Below, piece after piece: positions 63,660-64,000 of a stretch of 64,000 bases of DNA. This DNA is from Candidatus Woesearchaeota archaeon (lineage in GTDB: Archaea; Nanobdellota; Nanobdellia; Woesearchaeales; ARS49). The stretch covers positions 24,615 to 88,614 of the forward strand of contig QZIM01000006.1 of assembly GCA_003599055.1 (NCBI GenBank), written 5' to 3'. Under the pieces are notes generated by a model. That model saw only the letters and a program-made list of their open reading frames with translations. It did not search any database and was not told where the DNA came from. The translations under genes were made by a program, and so were the position numbers. Within the stretch, counting starts at the first letter, position 1. Every line of letters starts with the position of its first letter.

Positions 63660-64000
63660 ATGAAGCCCGTCGATATATTGTTTAAAAAAATCGAAATTGC
63701 CGACTATTACTCACAACTTGACCAAGTCAAGATACGCATTCTCTTCAACGACGGCAAGGACAAGGCGCTTGAAAAACAGCTCACGATTACTTCACCCGCA
63801 GAACACGTTTCAGCGTGGATGGCCGAAATCCGGCAAAAAATCAAAGACCAGCACTCAACCCGGTCACTTGATGATGACCCTCTTGCGGGAGCGGTCACGC
63901 TTCGCTTTTCCCAAGAAACCGACCTCATTGAGGAAAAAATGGCGCGCTTCCTTGCAAGCGCAAACGAGCGCATCCGGTCAGGAAAACTTGCCAAGCTCAG
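63660..64000 (+). CDS. Hypothetical protein (5' part; runs off the window end)
   Basis: My own translation gives MKPVDILFKKIEIADYYSQLDQVKIRILFNDGKDKALEKQL... The frame stays open to position 64000. Confidence 0.5.
   Translation, partial: MKPVDILFKKIEIADYYSQLDQVKIRILFNDGKDKALEKQLTITSPAEHVSAWMAEIRQKIKDQHSTRSLDDDPLAGAVTLRFSQETDLIEEKMARFLASANERIRSGKLAKL

Noticed and set aside
1-64000. rRNA genes, RNase P RNA, SRP RNA, introns in tRNAs
   Set aside because: I looked for conserved rRNA, RNase P (GAGGAAAGUCC-type) and SRP motifs and for interrupted tRNA folds, and found none. The four tRNAs fold without introns. A covariance-model scan would be needed to exclude small ncRNAs.

Overview
The window is a 64-kb archaeal chromosome segment with compact gene spacing. 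It most likely comes from a small-genome, DPANN-like lineage, but that placement is an inference. Archaeal markers include Kae1, RNA polymerase subunits L and E', Spt4, ribosomal proteins uL1, P0, P1, eS24, S27ae and eL40, aIF5A, the RFC large subunit, GatD/GatE, the class-I CCA-adding enzyme, Cdc48, a PAC2 chaperone and archease/RtcB. There are four tRNAs without encoded CCA, and many genes have a TATA box about 26-28 nt upstream of a leaderless start. Most of the window is housekeeping.

Three regions stand out:
- **Low-GC island (about 32.9-39.3 kb).** It abuts tRNA-Thr and carries a type IIG restriction-modification fusion, an orphan PIN protein and a large wHTH protein. It also carries a tight three-gene operon that I cannot match to a described system: a mini SNase-like nuclease, a Gly-rich 2-TM peptide, and a 385-aa protein with a canonical HEPN RNxxxH motif.
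- **Mostly non-coding, repeat-dense region (9.1-13.3 kb).** It has a 10-25 % GC core and more than 12 phased GACCGTCCCA-type iterons. A three-block repeat copies the rsmE 5' end. Three wHTH/coiled-coil genes lie inside it. The layout looks like an integrated plasmid-like or regulatory module.
- **Overlap-coupled membrane/coiled-coil/P-loop ATPase operon (0.6-4.8 kb).** It is fused onto kae1.

Smaller oddities are tandem EF-hand paralogues, a duplicated Cys-rich secreted protein and a split Tpa1/Ofd1-like 2OG oxygenase. A DUF504 gene is wedged between gatD and gatE, and the + strand carries a strong C>G excess regardless of gene orientation. No rRNA or CRISPR array was seen. All family assignments come from motif recognition by eye; no searches were run.
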